From Tubiluchus corallicola (lineage: Eukaryota; Animalia; Priapulida), in NCBI GenBank assembly GCA_030141605.1, contig JAQGDQ010000047.1:434001-498000 (forward strand): a stretch of DNA of 64,000 nucleotides, in the 5' to 3' direction. This document shows, in pieces, positions 26,203 to 41,894 of the stretch; positions within the stretch are counted from its first letter, which is position 1; the number at the start of each line of letters is the position of its first letter. The position numbers and the translations under genes were made by a program. The notes under the pieces are model-generated. The model was not told where the DNA came from, did not search any database, and saw only the letters and a list, made by a program, of their open reading frames with translations.

Positions 26203-29200
26203 TTGCTACAACCTAAGCACGCTCAGCAGCATTTGTGACAACAAAGCTCACGCAGGACAACAACTGTCTAAGCTAAACTAAATTAAACTAAACAACATCA
26301 CAGTCACAACTAAAGTCTGATCAGCAGATAAACTGACTGTTCTTTTTCATAAACACAAATTTGCAGAGCAACAGCTATTTTAACACGAAATTAACAATTC
26401 AAGTAGCCAAAAACTGACTTCAATTTAAACAGAATGTAGAGATGAAGTTTCAAAGCACTACAAAATACAGAGACATAAATATAATAAAGAAACTAAGTCT
26501 GTTAGCCTTGCTTTACAATAAATGAGCAACAAAAATATTAAGTCTATCTTACCTTTAAACATACGAACGTTAAGCCTGCGATGTATTTCTCTATATTAAT
26601 TAATCATGTGCTCCTCTGCAACATTTATTAGGATTTTGTATTTTTCCGTTTGTCAGGTTACAGAAATGGATTAATTTGACCGTTCCGTTCCATAGACAAC
26701 CTTTATATTGAATGCCCGAGTCACATAAGTCCCAATGGTATCTTTTAACCTTGATTATAACCAGAAGAATAGCATAAAATTAGCTAATATTACATTAATG
26801 TATAAGTTTTGACCACTTTTGTATTAATTTTGACTGTGAAGATCTCATTGAGGTTTATAAAAACTGGCCAGAAAAGAAAGCATTTTGTTTTGTCTTTATT
26901 TAAAGTTAATCAAATAGTTGTTTTTATCTAACTTGCAAAGCCATAAACTAAACTAAACTGCGTATTTTCTTGATTGCAAAATGGTTTAATCAGCAACTCA
27001 TAGATGTAAGCGTTGTGCATTTCTTCCTATAAACGAAACTAGACTATATATTTCCACTAATTCACTTGCAATTTCAATTGACAATAATAAAATCTAGAAC
27101 AAGGCCAATATTTCTCCCGTTAACTAATGAAAAGTTGAGCATTTTTCATAACAGTGTTAGATGGAGTTGTATCTAAATGTGCCGAACGTACCTGCTGCAG
27201 GGGTATGTGAAATAACTTGCACGCTGATTTGGCAGTCAACGAAAATGATTGACATTATGTTAGACGTCAATTTATGCTAAGCTGGAAAACTCTTCAGTAT
27301 TTATGGGCAGTTCTACAGGGAAACTACTAAAGAATTTTAATTGACAGATTTTAGCTAAGGGTTTGTATGAAGCTGTTAACCAACTTTTCTGACAAAAATT
27401 GTTTGCTAATTTGTCTCACTTGTATTGTAAGAGCAGCATTTTAACGATGATAGACAGCAGTTCATAGCATTATTGAGTTGATATGCCTTGTGCTGCATTA
27501 ATAAAAGTATCTTTTCACTTCACCAGCTAACCATGCATTGACATTATGGCGACTGTAAGCTCAATGTGAATGATGGGATTTTGTTAAATGTGACTTTTGC
27601 ATGACTAAGCCTTTGTTTTGTCATCATTCCTATGCATTTAGGAAACCCGTTATTAATGAGCCTTTATCTATTTATATTCTTCTATTGCGGAAATTTAACT
27701 TATAGGATTAAATAAGCCTAATCTTAAACTATTTTTCAATGTTAAATTTTTTATCTGCAGGACTGTAATTACTGGACTAAATTCTAATTAGTATTTTGTT
27801 CCTACAGCCAAGTGAAAAGTAAAGACAATACATGTATGCATTTATAGGTAGTGTTTATTTGTAATGTTCTTTAATTTTATGTAATATATGTAAGTTGTTT
27901 ATTAAAAACAGTTGTTGGATAAAACGCTAAATTACCAGAACTACAGCTTTTGCAAGAGGTCTATTAAATTCTGTTCAATTCAATTCTATTAAAAATCATT
28001 TATTTACATTGATATCCCTAAAATAACCCAAAGTGTTATGTTAATTTGTTCTGTAAAATTTTACTATGTAACTGCAACTTAACTTAAGTTATGAAATATT
28101 TCACTACTGTATGCGAATTTGAGTAAATACATCATTGTCGACGTTATTTAAAAGCTTTATGTTTATACTACAATGGGAATTAATCTCAGAAACAGCCGTT
28201 CTCATCATGGGGATACAGTAGCTTGGTTGCTGTATAGCCGATAATACCATTATTCCCTCTAGATATGGACAGTTCTTTAATAAAAAATGGTTTCATAAGC
28301 AAGATTGTGTTTCAGTCACATAACTTGACAAAGCTGCTGCTGAACAAAATGCAAATTAAAGTGTACCAACGAAGCACTTTATAAAATTTTTATTTGGACG
28401 AGGGTGTTATGAAACTATCTGCTACAAACATTTTGCAAATCTTAAACTGCCATCCTTTGACAGGAAAAATGAAGCATTAAATGTTGGTGATACTTTAATG
28501 TAGCATTTATCAATGACAACTTCCATAAATGAAGCTTGCCAATAATCATCGGTTTCTAATAACAACAACATGTTTGTTATTTCTGAACATTTATTGCACA
28601 TTTATGATTTCGATAGTAATACAAATACAACTACAGAATTTACGCTATTTCAGTGATAATTGTGACTATACGTTCTTTGGTTTTATTTGAAATTATGCGA
28701 AAAATCATTGTCATAATAAATCAATAATGCTTCCTTTGTTTATGCTCACTTTTATGGAAAGGCATTCAAAAACAGAAAATGAAGAAAAACTGAAACTTGA
28801 GACAGTTTTGGTTGAAGATAACTTGAATAATTATGATAGAGTTCTAGAAATTAAACTGCTTAAGTAAAGACAACAGTACATAATCTAACTACTCTAATGC
28901 CTTCAACATAATTAAATGTTATAATCAGAGAGTAACTTCCATCATCTTACTCAACATTTTCTTACAACACAACATCAGGAAAAAGTTCTGTTACAATTTC
29001 TTAGCAGGTTATATCTACTTTGAAGCTCTGCAGATAAGAAACAAAAGTTTAAGAAAGAGGGATAGTGTATAAACCATATCTTATGATTTTATTTGTATTC
29101 ATCATTACTTATTTTTTTAACAAACTAATAATGAAAGGAGCTTCAAGAAAACCAAAAGGAAAATTACATGATTACACTTTGCATTTCAGTTTCAGTTTAT

Positions 29201-29940
29201 TACCATGTGTGCCAATTAAGGAACACTCTGCTGCATTTCCACGATTTAAAGTGTTCTAATTAATACTGTAAAGGTAATCCAACTAACATACATAATATGT
29301 ACAGTGATTTAAACCTACTTGATATGTCAGCACCTTACAGTCACATATTGTTAAAATTTTAGTTTTAAATTTGCCAATTGTGAAAACTGGGCCATTACAA
29401 TGATGGGACTAATTTCACAAATAAAATACCTTTAACATTCAATAAAATTACCCATAAATTCTAAAACTGGTTAAAATTGCAAAAAAGCAAAGCGTGTAAT
29501 AAACCAAACAAGGCTGAACTTATTACAGTTACACTAGTTTGTTTTTTTAACTCGTAGAGGATGTCGTAGAGACCACGTTGTAGTGATAGACACTTTGACT
29601 GCTCTATTTGGTACTAGTACACTGATTTATCGATACTTGTAGCTGTACAGCTACAAGCATTTTTCAAATAAGCCTACTGAAGAACATCTAAACTTGTAAA
29701 AAGATCTAATGAGTAATGTAAGAAGATTGATAGTCATGACACAACTGCAAAACACTGTAAAACTGCAATTGTTGCCCATGGCTACCTCATCCCATTTCAC
29801 TGATACACTGACATTGTAGATTCAAGTTGTAGAATTGTTTTGCCATCATAATCAATGTTTTCCAGTTGTGTGCATGGTAATTCAAGAGATACTTGTACTT
29901 TAGTAAGGCAATAAATTTTAAAATAGTTAAGCCAGTTTCA

Positions 29941-30616
29941 CAGGGTCCGCAACTTCAGTGAATATCCGAAAATTTCTGTCCAACAGTCGCTAAATATGCT
30001 CCGGCAGTTCCCCGAATAGTCACAAAACATGCGCATGTATTTACCATTATTGCCAAAAGGATGCGGCTTTGTCGCCAGGAACACAAAACTTGCCACCTCG
30101 CCAAAACTTCTGCAAACTGTTGTAAAGTTGTCTGAACATGTACCAAACCTGCACAAATATGTCACCATGTTTCCTATGCAATTTCAAAATCTGCAAAAAC
30201 TTAGGAGATCAGCTTTACTACTTTATGATTATTTTTTTTAACATTGTGGCTACATTTTGGAGAACCTCAGTTGTCCCATATTTATTTTCGTGAAAATTTG
30301 TTAGATGGGCATGAGATATCACGCGTGAATGTCACGCAACATTTGTCTTGTTGGCTGTCGCATAAGTATCGCAGAAGCCGCCAAAACATGTTGGAAGAAT
30401 TCTTTCCAACATTCTCGCGATTTTCACCCGAGAAAAATCCCAAAATTTGCAAAAAAGTGGTGAAAATGGCTTGAAGTCATTTAAAACTGATGGATTGAAC
30501 TGATCAAATGATTAGCAACTTGGACAACAAAACACAGTAGTGTGAAATTTTTGGCCACAGTGGGATTAAGAAAATTTTTGGCTGTCACAAAAAAGTCGCT
30601 GCCTCGCGAAGCTCTG
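29941..30616. mobile_element. Probable non-autonomous hAT-like DNA element, decayed
   Basis: GC-richer island with repeated GTCGC/GCCAAAA-type motifs; begins CAGGGTCCGC and ends GCGAAGCTCTG (imperfect inverted ends); flanks CAGTTTCA/GCTTTCCA match only partly. Confidence 0.4.
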
Positions 30617-32399
30617 GCTTTCCAAGACCTCACAATCAACATGGTGTCAAGAAAAATATGTGGAGATATAATAGAGAAAAATATTTGGTAAAAGCACATA
30701 AGAAAAAAATAGTAGAACAGTTACCATAATGGAAAACTACTCTGTTTTAAAATTTTTATGCAAACACAAAAATGTAACACCGTTGAGTAATCCTTTGGAT
30801 CAGGAACAACTATTCTGATTGTGTGAGATGTCACACTATTCATAATCAATAGTCTAGTATTCACATGAATGCCTTAACTAAAGGTCATATGATCGTGTTG
30901 CCATGGGCAACAACTAGCTAGATCAAGCAGGTTTTTGTACATCGTAATATGTTGTCAAACAAGTCCTTATTTGCTATCCAGATTAACATATTCCAGTCAT
31001 CTTTGTCACAACTAAAGCTGATTTTATAATTACACTTTGAACTACTGCTAGTATTAACGTATAAACAACTTTCATACCTACATCAATGTTACCAACACAT
31101 AATTATTAAGCTAAAGTGACAGACCTACCATTACATCAAACCTGAATTGATAAACATCTATAATCAAACCAATTTCCCAGTTAGCATTGCCCTATCTTAC
31201 ATAAAACAGCATACAAATTTTGTGTGAAGCACAAAATGAACTGAATACAAAAGGCATTCCACATTCTTACTGTTTGCTTTTTGCAAGCTGCATTAGTTGA
31301 AGAAAACAGCAGTGTTAAAAATTTTGCACATTTATCTAAAAAATATAATTATACACATATTTAGCTTTTAAGGTGGCTGAAATATTGATCAACTGCAACA
31401 GCATACGCATTTAGAATATATGTATCACAATAAAAGAACTCATAAATTGAGGTATAAAGAAAGCTGTGACATTCTAATGCTTTGCCATAATAACAAGAAA
31501 CGACACACAACTAGAAAAAGATGTTTCTAAGATGTTTTTAAAAATTGAGATTTCCCCATTAATGAAAACACCAGTAGCAATGGTTCAATAATGAACCGCT
31601 TTTTGGCAATTTTGCACTCGCGCACATTTAAATGCACAATTAAATTGTACACTTAAATGCACAATAAATTATAGACTAATTTGTTCACATACAACAGCAA
31701 AAAGTCAGCATATAGCACGTCTGATGCCAACAAGTTTAAGATTTTAGGCAAAACCCGCATAATTGCTATGTTAAATAATTTCCAGTCAATACGACCTGGA
31801 ACATAACTGATTTACATGCTCAACCTTCAATCTTACAATTGAACCTAAATACCTTAAAAACAACAGATAATATTCCATCTGTCAAAGATATCATTCAGGC
31901 ATATGCATACATAACTGCAATAATTTACAAGTATATAAACTTTAAAATATAAATTTGTCATTTAAATAAAAGAATTTTAGCCTTCCATTGCCGGAAGCAT
32001 CAAGACATATTCTTCGTAATCTTCATACAATATATACTTTATGTTAAACTATGAATGTGTAATAATATAAGCTGTACATAGTATCATGTTTTGACTAGAA
32101 TTAGCATGAATCAAAGTGCTCTGTGACTAAATGCACATCTAATATATAAATGGAAGTCATAATTCTATCTTGTTGGAAGAAAAACTTTTCGGTAACATTA
32201 CAAATTTGTATACACTAACTGATCTCTAGCGATTTAGAGATAAAGAAAATATGTCTGCTCCAAACATATGAGCTAAATAGCTACTTGTAATTAAAAAGCT
32301 TGGAAATGGGAATCAATCAAGTTATATCTCCTTATGACATGTTTACTATTATATGTAATTACGCAACATTACTCGCAAGCAATGCTTGCAAATAGTCTT

Positions 32400-35300
32400 C
32401 TATGCTGAAACAGTTTCGACTAGAGACTTCTTGATTATCTCACCAAAGTTTGATTCCTGATGGTTGTCATCATCCTTTGAGGATGATGCCACACCTTTTT
32501 CAACTTCGCAATTTTGGTACGACTGAGAGTTAGTATACGAGCCATGATTAGAACCATACTCAGCATTTGTTTGGCTCCTATATTGTGACTCCTTGCGTTC
32601 ACTGTGAAATTCATTGACATTGATATTAGACTCATCTAAGTTGTGATAACTATAAATATTAGATGAGGTGTGATCGTATGGCGTACCAGATTGGGCATTG
32701 GTTGAATGGGAGCATGAGAAGCCTTCTGCATTTGTAGACAAAACTGTAAAGCTATCCGAACACGGCACAGTTTGAGAAAACAATGGCGGCGTTAGTATCT
32801 CTGAAATGGGTTCCAGTTTACAAGTCGCTGAAGTTAATTCTGTGTATTTAGAGTTGTTTAATGAAGGACCATTGTAATTCATGTCGTTCCTATCACAATT
32901 GATTTCACTAATAGAATAGACTTCATTCCCATTTAACTGGTCATCAGAAAAGCCAAAATTTTGCCGTTCTTGACAAGAGGCGACTGAATACACAATACTA
33001 GATTCTATTCCAGAAGGGTACATGTGGCCATTTGGCATAGTGGAAGGTAAATCAAAAGTTGTGTTGTTCACTACATTATTTGCTTCTGTTATGAAGGTTG
33101 TTATTCCAGTATTATAGCAAGATGTTTCACTACTAGTAGTGGCAGCATAATTATTTGAATGAACAGCCCCTGTAGTATAATGTGAACTAGAACAAAAACT
33201 ATCCCCAAAGCCTTGGACTTGTTGAACATCTTCCCGATTAAAGAAATTTTGGAAGTCCATACCCTGAGCACTACTAGTGCTGTGTAATACTTCCGGACTT
33301 TCGTTTGAACCATCACTGCTTTCAGAATAAGAGCTGCTGTCGTCTTGCCGAAAAGCATTATATATGCCAGTTGTATTTTCAGTATGGTTGAATTCATCGT
33401 CTGAGTCATTGAACAGTAATGGCGTATCATGAGTCAAACCTGCATGTTCAATGCGAATATTGTTCTCACTTTGTGCACAGTTGATACTAGACGTTGTGGC
33501 TGGGTAGTAAGCATCATGCAAGTTCATGCTGTTCACTTGTCCTGGTGGGACACTGGGGTAGCTTGCCTCCTGCGGCGGATAATGGCCTACGTGATTATGC
33601 TGTTTATTATAATGGTTCATAAACATGCCAGAGTCATTTGCAGAAAAACTTGAGCAGTTTGCACTGCCCTGATCCAACCTTAGACCATTCCGGACTGCTT
33701 CTTGCTGTTCTGACTGCTTCTTGTCCAATTCCATTCTCATTAAAGTATGAATGAAATGAGTCCGTACTCTGATGGGATTAAATTCAATTCTTCCATTCTG
33801 GTTGCCACAGCCATCTTTGGTGCATCCACACGGGAAAGACATTCTGTCCACTTGGCACTTAATGCCTGCCTCTGCGCAACTACACGTTTCAGGATCACAG
33901 TATATCTTACAGTCACACCCGCAAAGTTCTCGTGACAATCTGATGTCTCGGCATTCTTCCTTTTCTACACTCTCGATTTTTCGCACACCACAATTGCGCA
34001 AAATCATGCGCCTTAATCTGGTGTTCACCGGCTGCAAAAAGCAATAATCATCTACATCCAAGTCACTTTCATCTTCACTTTCATCTTCTTCATTTTCACT
34101 GGATGATGATGGCATTGATGGCGATGAATTGTTTTTCAGCTTGGGATTTTGTTGTTGCCGATGCCGCTGGCGCAAAATTTCAAGATGATGATGCCGTTTC
34201 TCCATTAAATGTTCATTTACTGTATACTTTGCTGAGATTGAATGAGTCTTGGCCATTCCTGCAATGCACAAACAGAAAAATTCAAACAATTAATATATTA
34301 AGCGAACTAATCTTAGATATGATGATGATGATGAATTTTTCAACTAAATACCCTTCAGCACCCAAAAACAGATTTCTTTTTAAAGCACATGTAAATGAAA
34401 TATCACATCTGGCTTTTTTTTGTAAGACTATAAATTTGCTAAAAATCACTCATTTGCTAATGTCTGTGTTTAGAACAAATACTCTTCACATTAGACGATT
34501 TATACATAACAATAATCCCAGGCACAGTTGAATGTATGACATCCTGTGTACCCAAATTGACGACTATCTGCTGATGGAATAAAACTGCGCAGAAAAAATG
34601 ACCATTCAAGTGAAATAGCTAAAAGCGGACTTTATGATGCTTTGCTTAAAAATGTAAAAGAAATTTAAATATTTTTTATCTCCCGCCAAACGAACGTCGC
34701 TGTCGGCATATTTGAAAAAAATGATGTAAGCTGGTAGCTGGTGTACATCGTGAAAGCTGTGAAGGAAATTCTACAGTTCACTCAAGAGTTCCGTTATTCT
34801 AGCATTGTATTTAACTGTGTTTATGTAAAAATTGGTCATTGGATCATTATGACCAAGTTCAAAGTGGTCAACATAGCTTTAATCCACGGGATTATGCCGC
34901 AAAATGTGTAAGTAGTGTACATTAATTGTGTAAGTGTAATTAATTTATAGTTTTGTTGACTTTCAGATATGCATGAAAACTTGCAAGCATATAGTAGGTA
35001 CTGGGTGGGTTACTTAGTTTATAGAGTTCGTTCTATCAGTTAAAAAAAGATTACTGAAGCACCTGGCAGAGTAAGTGTTTATATTACACAAAAACCAGAT
35101 GACGTCATTTTTCATCTAAAATGAGTGCGCCCAAGCGTGAAGTGACGGCGATTTTAAATTGATTTTACTAATTACATTAGGCGCTTATCACAATTTTATT
35201 GCTGAAACTTTCTAACATTTTTCTCAAATGTTAGAGTAAGCTCAACCTCCCGAGAGACTTGGCTTTTGCTTTAATTTGATTACATTGAACAGTTAAATTG

Positions 35301-35973
35301 TGTTCTCTGAATCTTCATAAAAATTCATACAAACCTAAAGTTGAACCACCCTGACTGGGTACACAAGTGAAGCCTTGAGTTCGTGGGAAGAAATATACTG
35401 TGACTGCATCAAATTTCACATTACGTTTTGGTTTCTTTTTTGGGGTTTTCTTGATGATTCCATTCAAAATGCCAGCTGGAAATAATTTAAGCAACACCAT
35501 AAGTAATTTGCATCACACATTAAAACTATCATGCTGTCTCATTGGTGAACACTATCAACTAGGTTTGTCTTGTATAAATGTTGATTATATAAAAGCAAAC
35601 AAACACACTGTGTTAACATATCAATTAAACGAATCGAATCGTCAGGTTTGACTACAGTGTGGCGAAAGTGAACCTATATGAGTGTTGTCCAATTTTAAAT
35701 TATGTACTAATTTTGGATAAAACTGAATTTCACACATTATTTACAAATGTTTCGTAAATTAACTAGCATAAATCTACCCTTAAAATGTATTGTCACACAC
35801 TTGCGGACTTTTTTGTTAAACTGCAAAAATAGTCTAGTCTGTAAGAACTTTTGTACTAAGTTAAATAACGATAGTAAAATTAATATTCAGCTGCACCTGC
35901 CAAAACAGTTGCTTAAGCAAGTTAATATCACAATCATATGTTAAACAGACTCTAGATCCAAATATATATATAT

Positions 35974-36033
<60 letters not shown>

Positions 36034-36880
36034 TGAATTTCAGATCAAATTATACAAAATTTGTTTATAAGCAATATCTTAGAGGAACAACACTGTTTGC
36101 AAGACCAGTGAATGAATGCAAGCATTATGTGATTTACTGGCCTCATTTGGCATCTCCAACAAATCTTCCCTAATGTAATTTGAACTTCCAATGTTATTCA
36201 GTTGTGCACTATTTAGGTTTAGACATAACCTTACCGTTGGTTGTTTCAGTAGGACATGACTCAGATGTTGTCCCATGTGCACTATTATTTATGCTTTCTT
36301 GTGAAAAGGCACAATTCTGATTGGTCACGCTGTTCTTGTTTTCGCCATTTTCTGCTATTTGTTGAGATTCTGCAATAGAACTTGATTCCTTGCTCATTTC
36401 AGAAAGACCTTTTTCAGAACAACTGTCTGCGCTACCCGAAACATCATCCACAGAATAACATTTCTCTGGCTGTTCCTTCATTCGACTACTGTGATTTTCC
36501 GGGGTGGATGATAAACAATTAGAGTCCAAGACATTTTCAGTTACATGTTCTCTGTCAAGTAAAGTTGAATCAGCTAACAAAACATTTTTAAAACAATTCA
36601 CTTTATTGTTCATGTTCAAGTTAAAAGAACTCGTTATGTTCTCATCACACAACACGTTCGTTTTTGCTGGATCTTGAAGACTGTTCTCAGGGACTTTAGA
36701 AATGAAGAACTTCGAATTTGTTGAACTTGGACTGTAGTTTTTATTTAAATGAGATTCTTCGGAACATTGTGTAACAAATTGCTCAGAACTATCTTTTTGT
36801 GGTAAAAGAGAAGGTGTCTTAACTGAATCTAAATCATGACCTCCAAAATCTGTTTCTTCTAGTTTCCGCTTTGCCATCAT
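32400..36880 (-). CDS. CSRNP: Cysteine/serine-rich nuclear protein (CSRNP / Axud1 family), 881 aa
   Basis: Exons 36880-36235 (MMAKRKLEE; acceptor at 36918 with an in-frame TAA before the ATG), 35475-35335 ([31 protein letters not shown]), 34258-32400 (FLQP...RR..LR..GV..I...[71 protein letters not shown]; TAG). 2646 nt, phases consistent. Confidence 0.96.
34730..35274 (+). mobile_element. Copy of a dispersed non-autonomous element in a CSRNP intron; second copy at 56621-58080
   Basis: Shared blocks AGTTCACTCA, TTTAACTG.GTTTATGTAAAAAT..GTCATTGGATCA, TTTAATCCAC.GGATTAT, CTTATCACAATTTTATTG, and end CCCGAGA.ACTT..CTTTTGCTT(T)AA. Left boundary uncertain. Confidence 0.8.
35962..36033. repeat. (AT)n(AG)n microsatellite
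   Basis: Read directly. Confidence 0.95.
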
Positions 36881-37469
36881 GACAGGCAATGTTCCCCAAA
36901 TCTTCACACTTTAGAATCTGCAACAGTAAGCAATGTTTGTTTAAAATCGTGTGTAAAACAGAAAGGATCTGCTTCTACAAACATTATAAGACAAGATAAA
37001 TGAACAGCTCAAAAAACTACTAATAAAATTATTCATTTATAAGTAAAATCACACTAACTTCTAAATGGTGACTTGATTAGGATACTGAAGCAAGTACATT
37101 TACATTTTGTAAAAAATGTAATAAATTATATAACCCTATGTACAAACTTAATAAGAACTAGATAGCCCTTAGTAGAAGGCCATAGTTGTCCCCAATGAGA
37201 CTGACATATGTGGAGACTAATGCAAAAATATACTTTGAGAATTGACACAGATTGTAATTTTCACTTAAATAAAATTGTATTAAAATTTCAATTAAATGCA
37301 CAGCCACCACATACAGCGTTGACAAGGATTGCAATTTTCACTTTAAAGGATCGGCATGCATGCAAACTACCGCAAACAATGTATTTTATTAAATGATGCG
37401 GATTGTAATTTCCACAAAAAACCATCTGCTTACTGCGATGATTTTAATTAATTTACATAGTTAATAGAC

Positions 37470-37635
37470 CCTGAATTTAAGCCATAGCCTACTCGTGTGC
37501 CAAATATCAACTTCCTAGATTACTACACAGCTGAGAAAAAGTGGTGAAAGACGGACAGACAGACCAATGAACAGACAGAAGGATGGACAAATGGAACTGA
37601 TAATTCTATGGATCCACTTCGTTAGGACAACTATA
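37470..37635 (+). mobile_element. Helentron-associated (HINE/DINE-1-like) non-autonomous element fragment
   Basis: GTGTGCCAAATATCAAC core followed by a GACG/GACA tetranucleotide tract (37550-37590), the usual layout of these elements. Confidence 0.5.
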
Positions 37636-40600
37636 ATTATCAAATTTGAGCTACTGATGTAGTCTCGCTTGGAAGCAAAATTGTTATTCTTTTGTTTTAC
37701 ACGTACATGTATACACTTTTTTACTTCATGCTATTACTTTGTCAGAAACAAGATTTCAACAGATTATAATTTTTTATGTCAAATTTCTGGTAACTGGGTA
37801 ACCTCAATAAAAAAGCATAAAAACCGGATAAGATAGACTTGCAGGTTTTCCATAAAAACCGTTTTATTAAAATAGCATTTTTTATTAATTTTCAGAAAAT
37901 AATTTCTTAACATTTTGCTGTGTATCGACTATTGGAATGCACGATATTTATAAAAAAGATTAACATGCCATAATTGACCGAATAAAAATTCACGATTCAC
38001 ACAAAAATCCACACAAGTATTATTTAATTATAATGCCAAATCGTAATTCATAATTCTATGAAGCATTTTGTATTATTAAAGACACAACAGGAAGCGATGT
38101 CGTGACGCCTTCACCATGTTCATAGCTTAGAAAATTTCACTTTATCACGACTAAATGAATGAATGAATGCAGTCCATAACCAAGCCATTATGATGCCGTG
38201 GTACACATACTAAAAGCAATCAGTACGCGCTGACAACACATTGAACAAGCTGCAGCTATATAGCCCACATGAAAATCAATATTCATCGCAAGAATCTTGT
38301 GCGCTATTGTCGAGGGGACCGATGACCTCACATCGTAACGTTGTCAACAAAGGCTTTGATCGCAAAACCGCTAATTAATATTCCATCGGTGCCATTTTCA
38401 TTGTTTAATTGGCCGCACGTTGATTAAATCTGGGCAAGAGCTGAACGAAATGTCCCGAATGAATGACTAATTATCAATCTTCAAACCACGCAACCATGAT
38501 TAAAATCGAACACGTTCACAACCAAGTCTAAATTGCATTTACACCAAGCTTTAACAAATGTTGGTTAGTAGTACACGCCAGTTAGTGTTACAGATGAGTA
38601 AATACTGTGGAAAGTTACGTACCCACTTGCGTAAAGTTAGGTTACATCAGGTCAAGGCAAGGGTGCGTGGGTTTTAATTCTCAACGCAACACTTAACTCA
38701 GTTCACAATTCAATAATCAAGGAAAATAATAATTGTTTTTATTGCAGATTTTTATAAGACAGGACCCTGAACCACAGGGGCGGTCGGGTGTGGTATAGTA
38801 ATCGTGCGCACTACTATGATGCACCCAAGCTAAATGTGATTCAATTCAAAACTACAAATGATAACAATATTGTAAATTCAAAGATTGCATTAAAAACAGA
38901 AACAATTACTGAAATCACTTTATTAATACGTAAATATTTTTAAAAACGGGCAAGTGGAAAGGGTTTAACTTACTTTTTCTGAATTTGAAAGTGCAAAATC
39001 GTTATTATGTTGGCCACGTTTAGGCTTACGCAACGCGCCCGCGGATATAAAGTATAAACTGGTCTGTTGAGTATAACAATTGTACAGCATGGCATACGTG
39101 ATTGCAATGTAAAAATTTTGCACAAAATTGAATCGAATAAATGTATTAATCTGCTGTAAAATATTTGTTGCGTTCTGTGTGAGCATGTGTGTGGTATTTG
39201 CTCTAGTCAGAATTGCAGTCAGCATTCCTATATAGCTATTTCTCTGTTTCATAACAGCTGTGCAAATCACACGAATCGGACTCGTGTTATTATTCGATAA
39301 ATATTTATGATACTGCATCGATCATCTCACAAACACATTTCCCGGCTGAAAATATATAGGTGGATAATGAAAAAAAACATTCAGGTTCTTCGATCATTGA
39401 CGTACAGCTATTAAAATATGCGCCATAACAGAGTCAAAGACATTGCCAACTGTAGTGCAGACCTAATTAGTATAATTATTCTTTTAGTTCTGTTAAAATT
39501 ATTTCCAAGAAGTGTAAAAAGCTTATTTTCAAAATTGGTATAAAAACACGCTAGCAATGTACGTTACAGCACTACGAAGTAATGATGTGAAAAGCCGCAG
39601 TTGTTTTTCATGCAAGCAGTGTACGTTAGAGTAGACATATTTCAAAATTTTAGACTAAAAACCGGTAAAGTCAATCATTATTATAACTATACCAAATACT
39701 TCTCCTTATTAAAGACTGGCGTGAGAATATATATATGTCTAAAATAGAGAAGCCATAATTGTTTGAAGAATGTCACAGCCTACGGTAAAGTCACAAAATG
39801 GCCTGCTAAAGGGGAAGCCAGACGCTCGATTCCTATCTAATTAAAGGAATAAAACGCTGAGGCGCGTGACTTCAAAGAATTAAATTGTTAAAATCAAGCG
39901 TGAAAAATGATCTGCTGTTCTTCCAGCAATGAATTTACTACTATATGCAATCATATTTACAGAAAAGATAATTCGTTCTCCAGACAAGTGTCATCTGCGA
40001 GGAATATCAACTCGTAAAACAATGAGATCTGCAGATCGGTTTTAATTGTCTGACTGTCTTTCTGCCTATTTTGTGGAATCAGTAACTTTATTATCAACGC
40101 GTATCAGTTACGTTGTTACAACTACGGAGGAAACATGCTGGTTTGAAACCCCAAAACTGACAAATGTGCAGATTTTAACAAAACCAAAATACATAACGTT
40201 GTGAACTGTTAACCGCTTATTGCTTGGATTTCAATGTATAAGTGAAATGAAAGAAAAAACTATTTTTCAGTTTTGTGAAACGCCATTATGTCACAAACTG
40301 GCAAATGACCTTACGTACTAATGGAAACAGAAGCTCAATTACGTTTTGCACAACGTCAAACCAATATGTTCCATGGCTTCACTGCACTGAACAAGATTTC
40401 GCTCATTTCAATTACAAAGTCTTTTCAGACAGAAGGGCGTGTGGCAATGAGACTTGCCTATCCAACTTCGCGACGCTTGATGAAAAGACGGCAAGCTACC
40501 AGTCGCCACAGAAAGCCATTTGTGTTGAGCGAGCTCTTCTATACATTATCCGCTTCCTGACAAGCTGCATTATAAATTGTGCAAATATTGATCCTGCCCT

Positions 40601-41894
40601 AAACAGGACGTCGACAATAAACATAACGGAAACTAAATTATTATCCTACAATTTTCGCAAAGAATGAAAAAAGATGACTAAAACCAAGGTGAGCCTGAAA
40701 CTGATAAATGTATCAACAACTATGAACAGAAATAATAGACAGCATCTTAAAAAGACGGTTCTTGCTGCGCATGCGTCATTCCATGGGAAGCAGATTCCTG
40801 CTTGCGCAATACCTAAGTTCAACTTTAGGACATCAATGTTTTAAACATCGAAAAACTTTATACTCGTGCTAACAATTATATTCCCGGGAGACAGTTCATT
40901 GCCCTCAAACAGCAAAGCGTGCTACGAACAAATTTGAAAAAATTTAAACACATTCATGGTAAATAAATCCAAGAAATCCTCTGTGTTAGCCAGCGAGCAA
41001 GATTCTACAATTAAAATATACGAAATTAAACGAAAAGTAAATTTAGAAGAAACCCGTGTTAAAGATGAATTTTATATCATTTTTTGGCATAATTTACTTA
41101 CTCATCATCTCCACATCGAAGCCCTTAATAATAATAATAATAATACTTGAAAATAATAACTACATGTATGTAAATACCCGTATCAAACAAAAATCCGATA
41201 GCTTCAAGTCGCACATATCACTGTTGAACTTTCTCAATGATAGAGTGAATGCACACATCGATAAAAGAATGAATGAAGGAAAAAACAAAAATATTTATAG
41301 ATTCCACGTGATGCACGAAATTCACACTCCGCTAGTTTACCCCCCACCCCTCCCAAGGCATGACTTGCTACAAATGTAATAGTTAATTCAAAGGCATAAA
41401 GCTTAAATACTTCAGAAGGTTTAAAGGTTGCCGAAATTAAACCTGGGCCTCATTTAACCTTATAAATTAGCATTTAGGTTAGACAAGCATTTCTGCAAGG
41501 GTACCAGGTTAAGACAAACGACAATTTTTCCACTATGATTTGTTCTACTTGCTTTAATTACATAGACAACATACTCTAATTTTCAGGTTGTGAATCAGAA
41601 CAGACATTTCTTAACTAGCGACTGTCGTTGGATTCAGCCAGCCATACGAATTAATAAATGCAATGCGCGTTTCAATCGATATGTAAGCTCGTATTGACCG
41701 TACTGTCAAATGCGATGGACTTGAACTACACGCAGGCATCACTGAAGAATGGCAGAATCCGTAAAAAGTAATAATACGTTTTATCAAATGTTTCGCAGCA
41801 AAGTTATAAAGTAAACACGGGAACCTATATCATAGAAGTGCCGAATATCAATTGTAAAATTATGTCTGGAAAAAGATACATCGAATTTGCGAAA

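Noticed and set aside
25600-27800. snoRNA host gene suggested by short exon-like pieces
   Set aside because: No convincing C/D box pair or H/ACA structure found by eye; an Infernal/Rfam scan would settle it.
32400-32402. TAG reassignment in this genome as the explanation for the MYND stop
   Set aside because: CSRNP and the MYND frame itself end at TAG, and none of the rebuilt genes has an internal TAG.
33101-34531. Alternative-frame and antisense ORFs over the CSRNP last exon
   Set aside because: Shadow ORFs of a long real exon, with no independent motifs.
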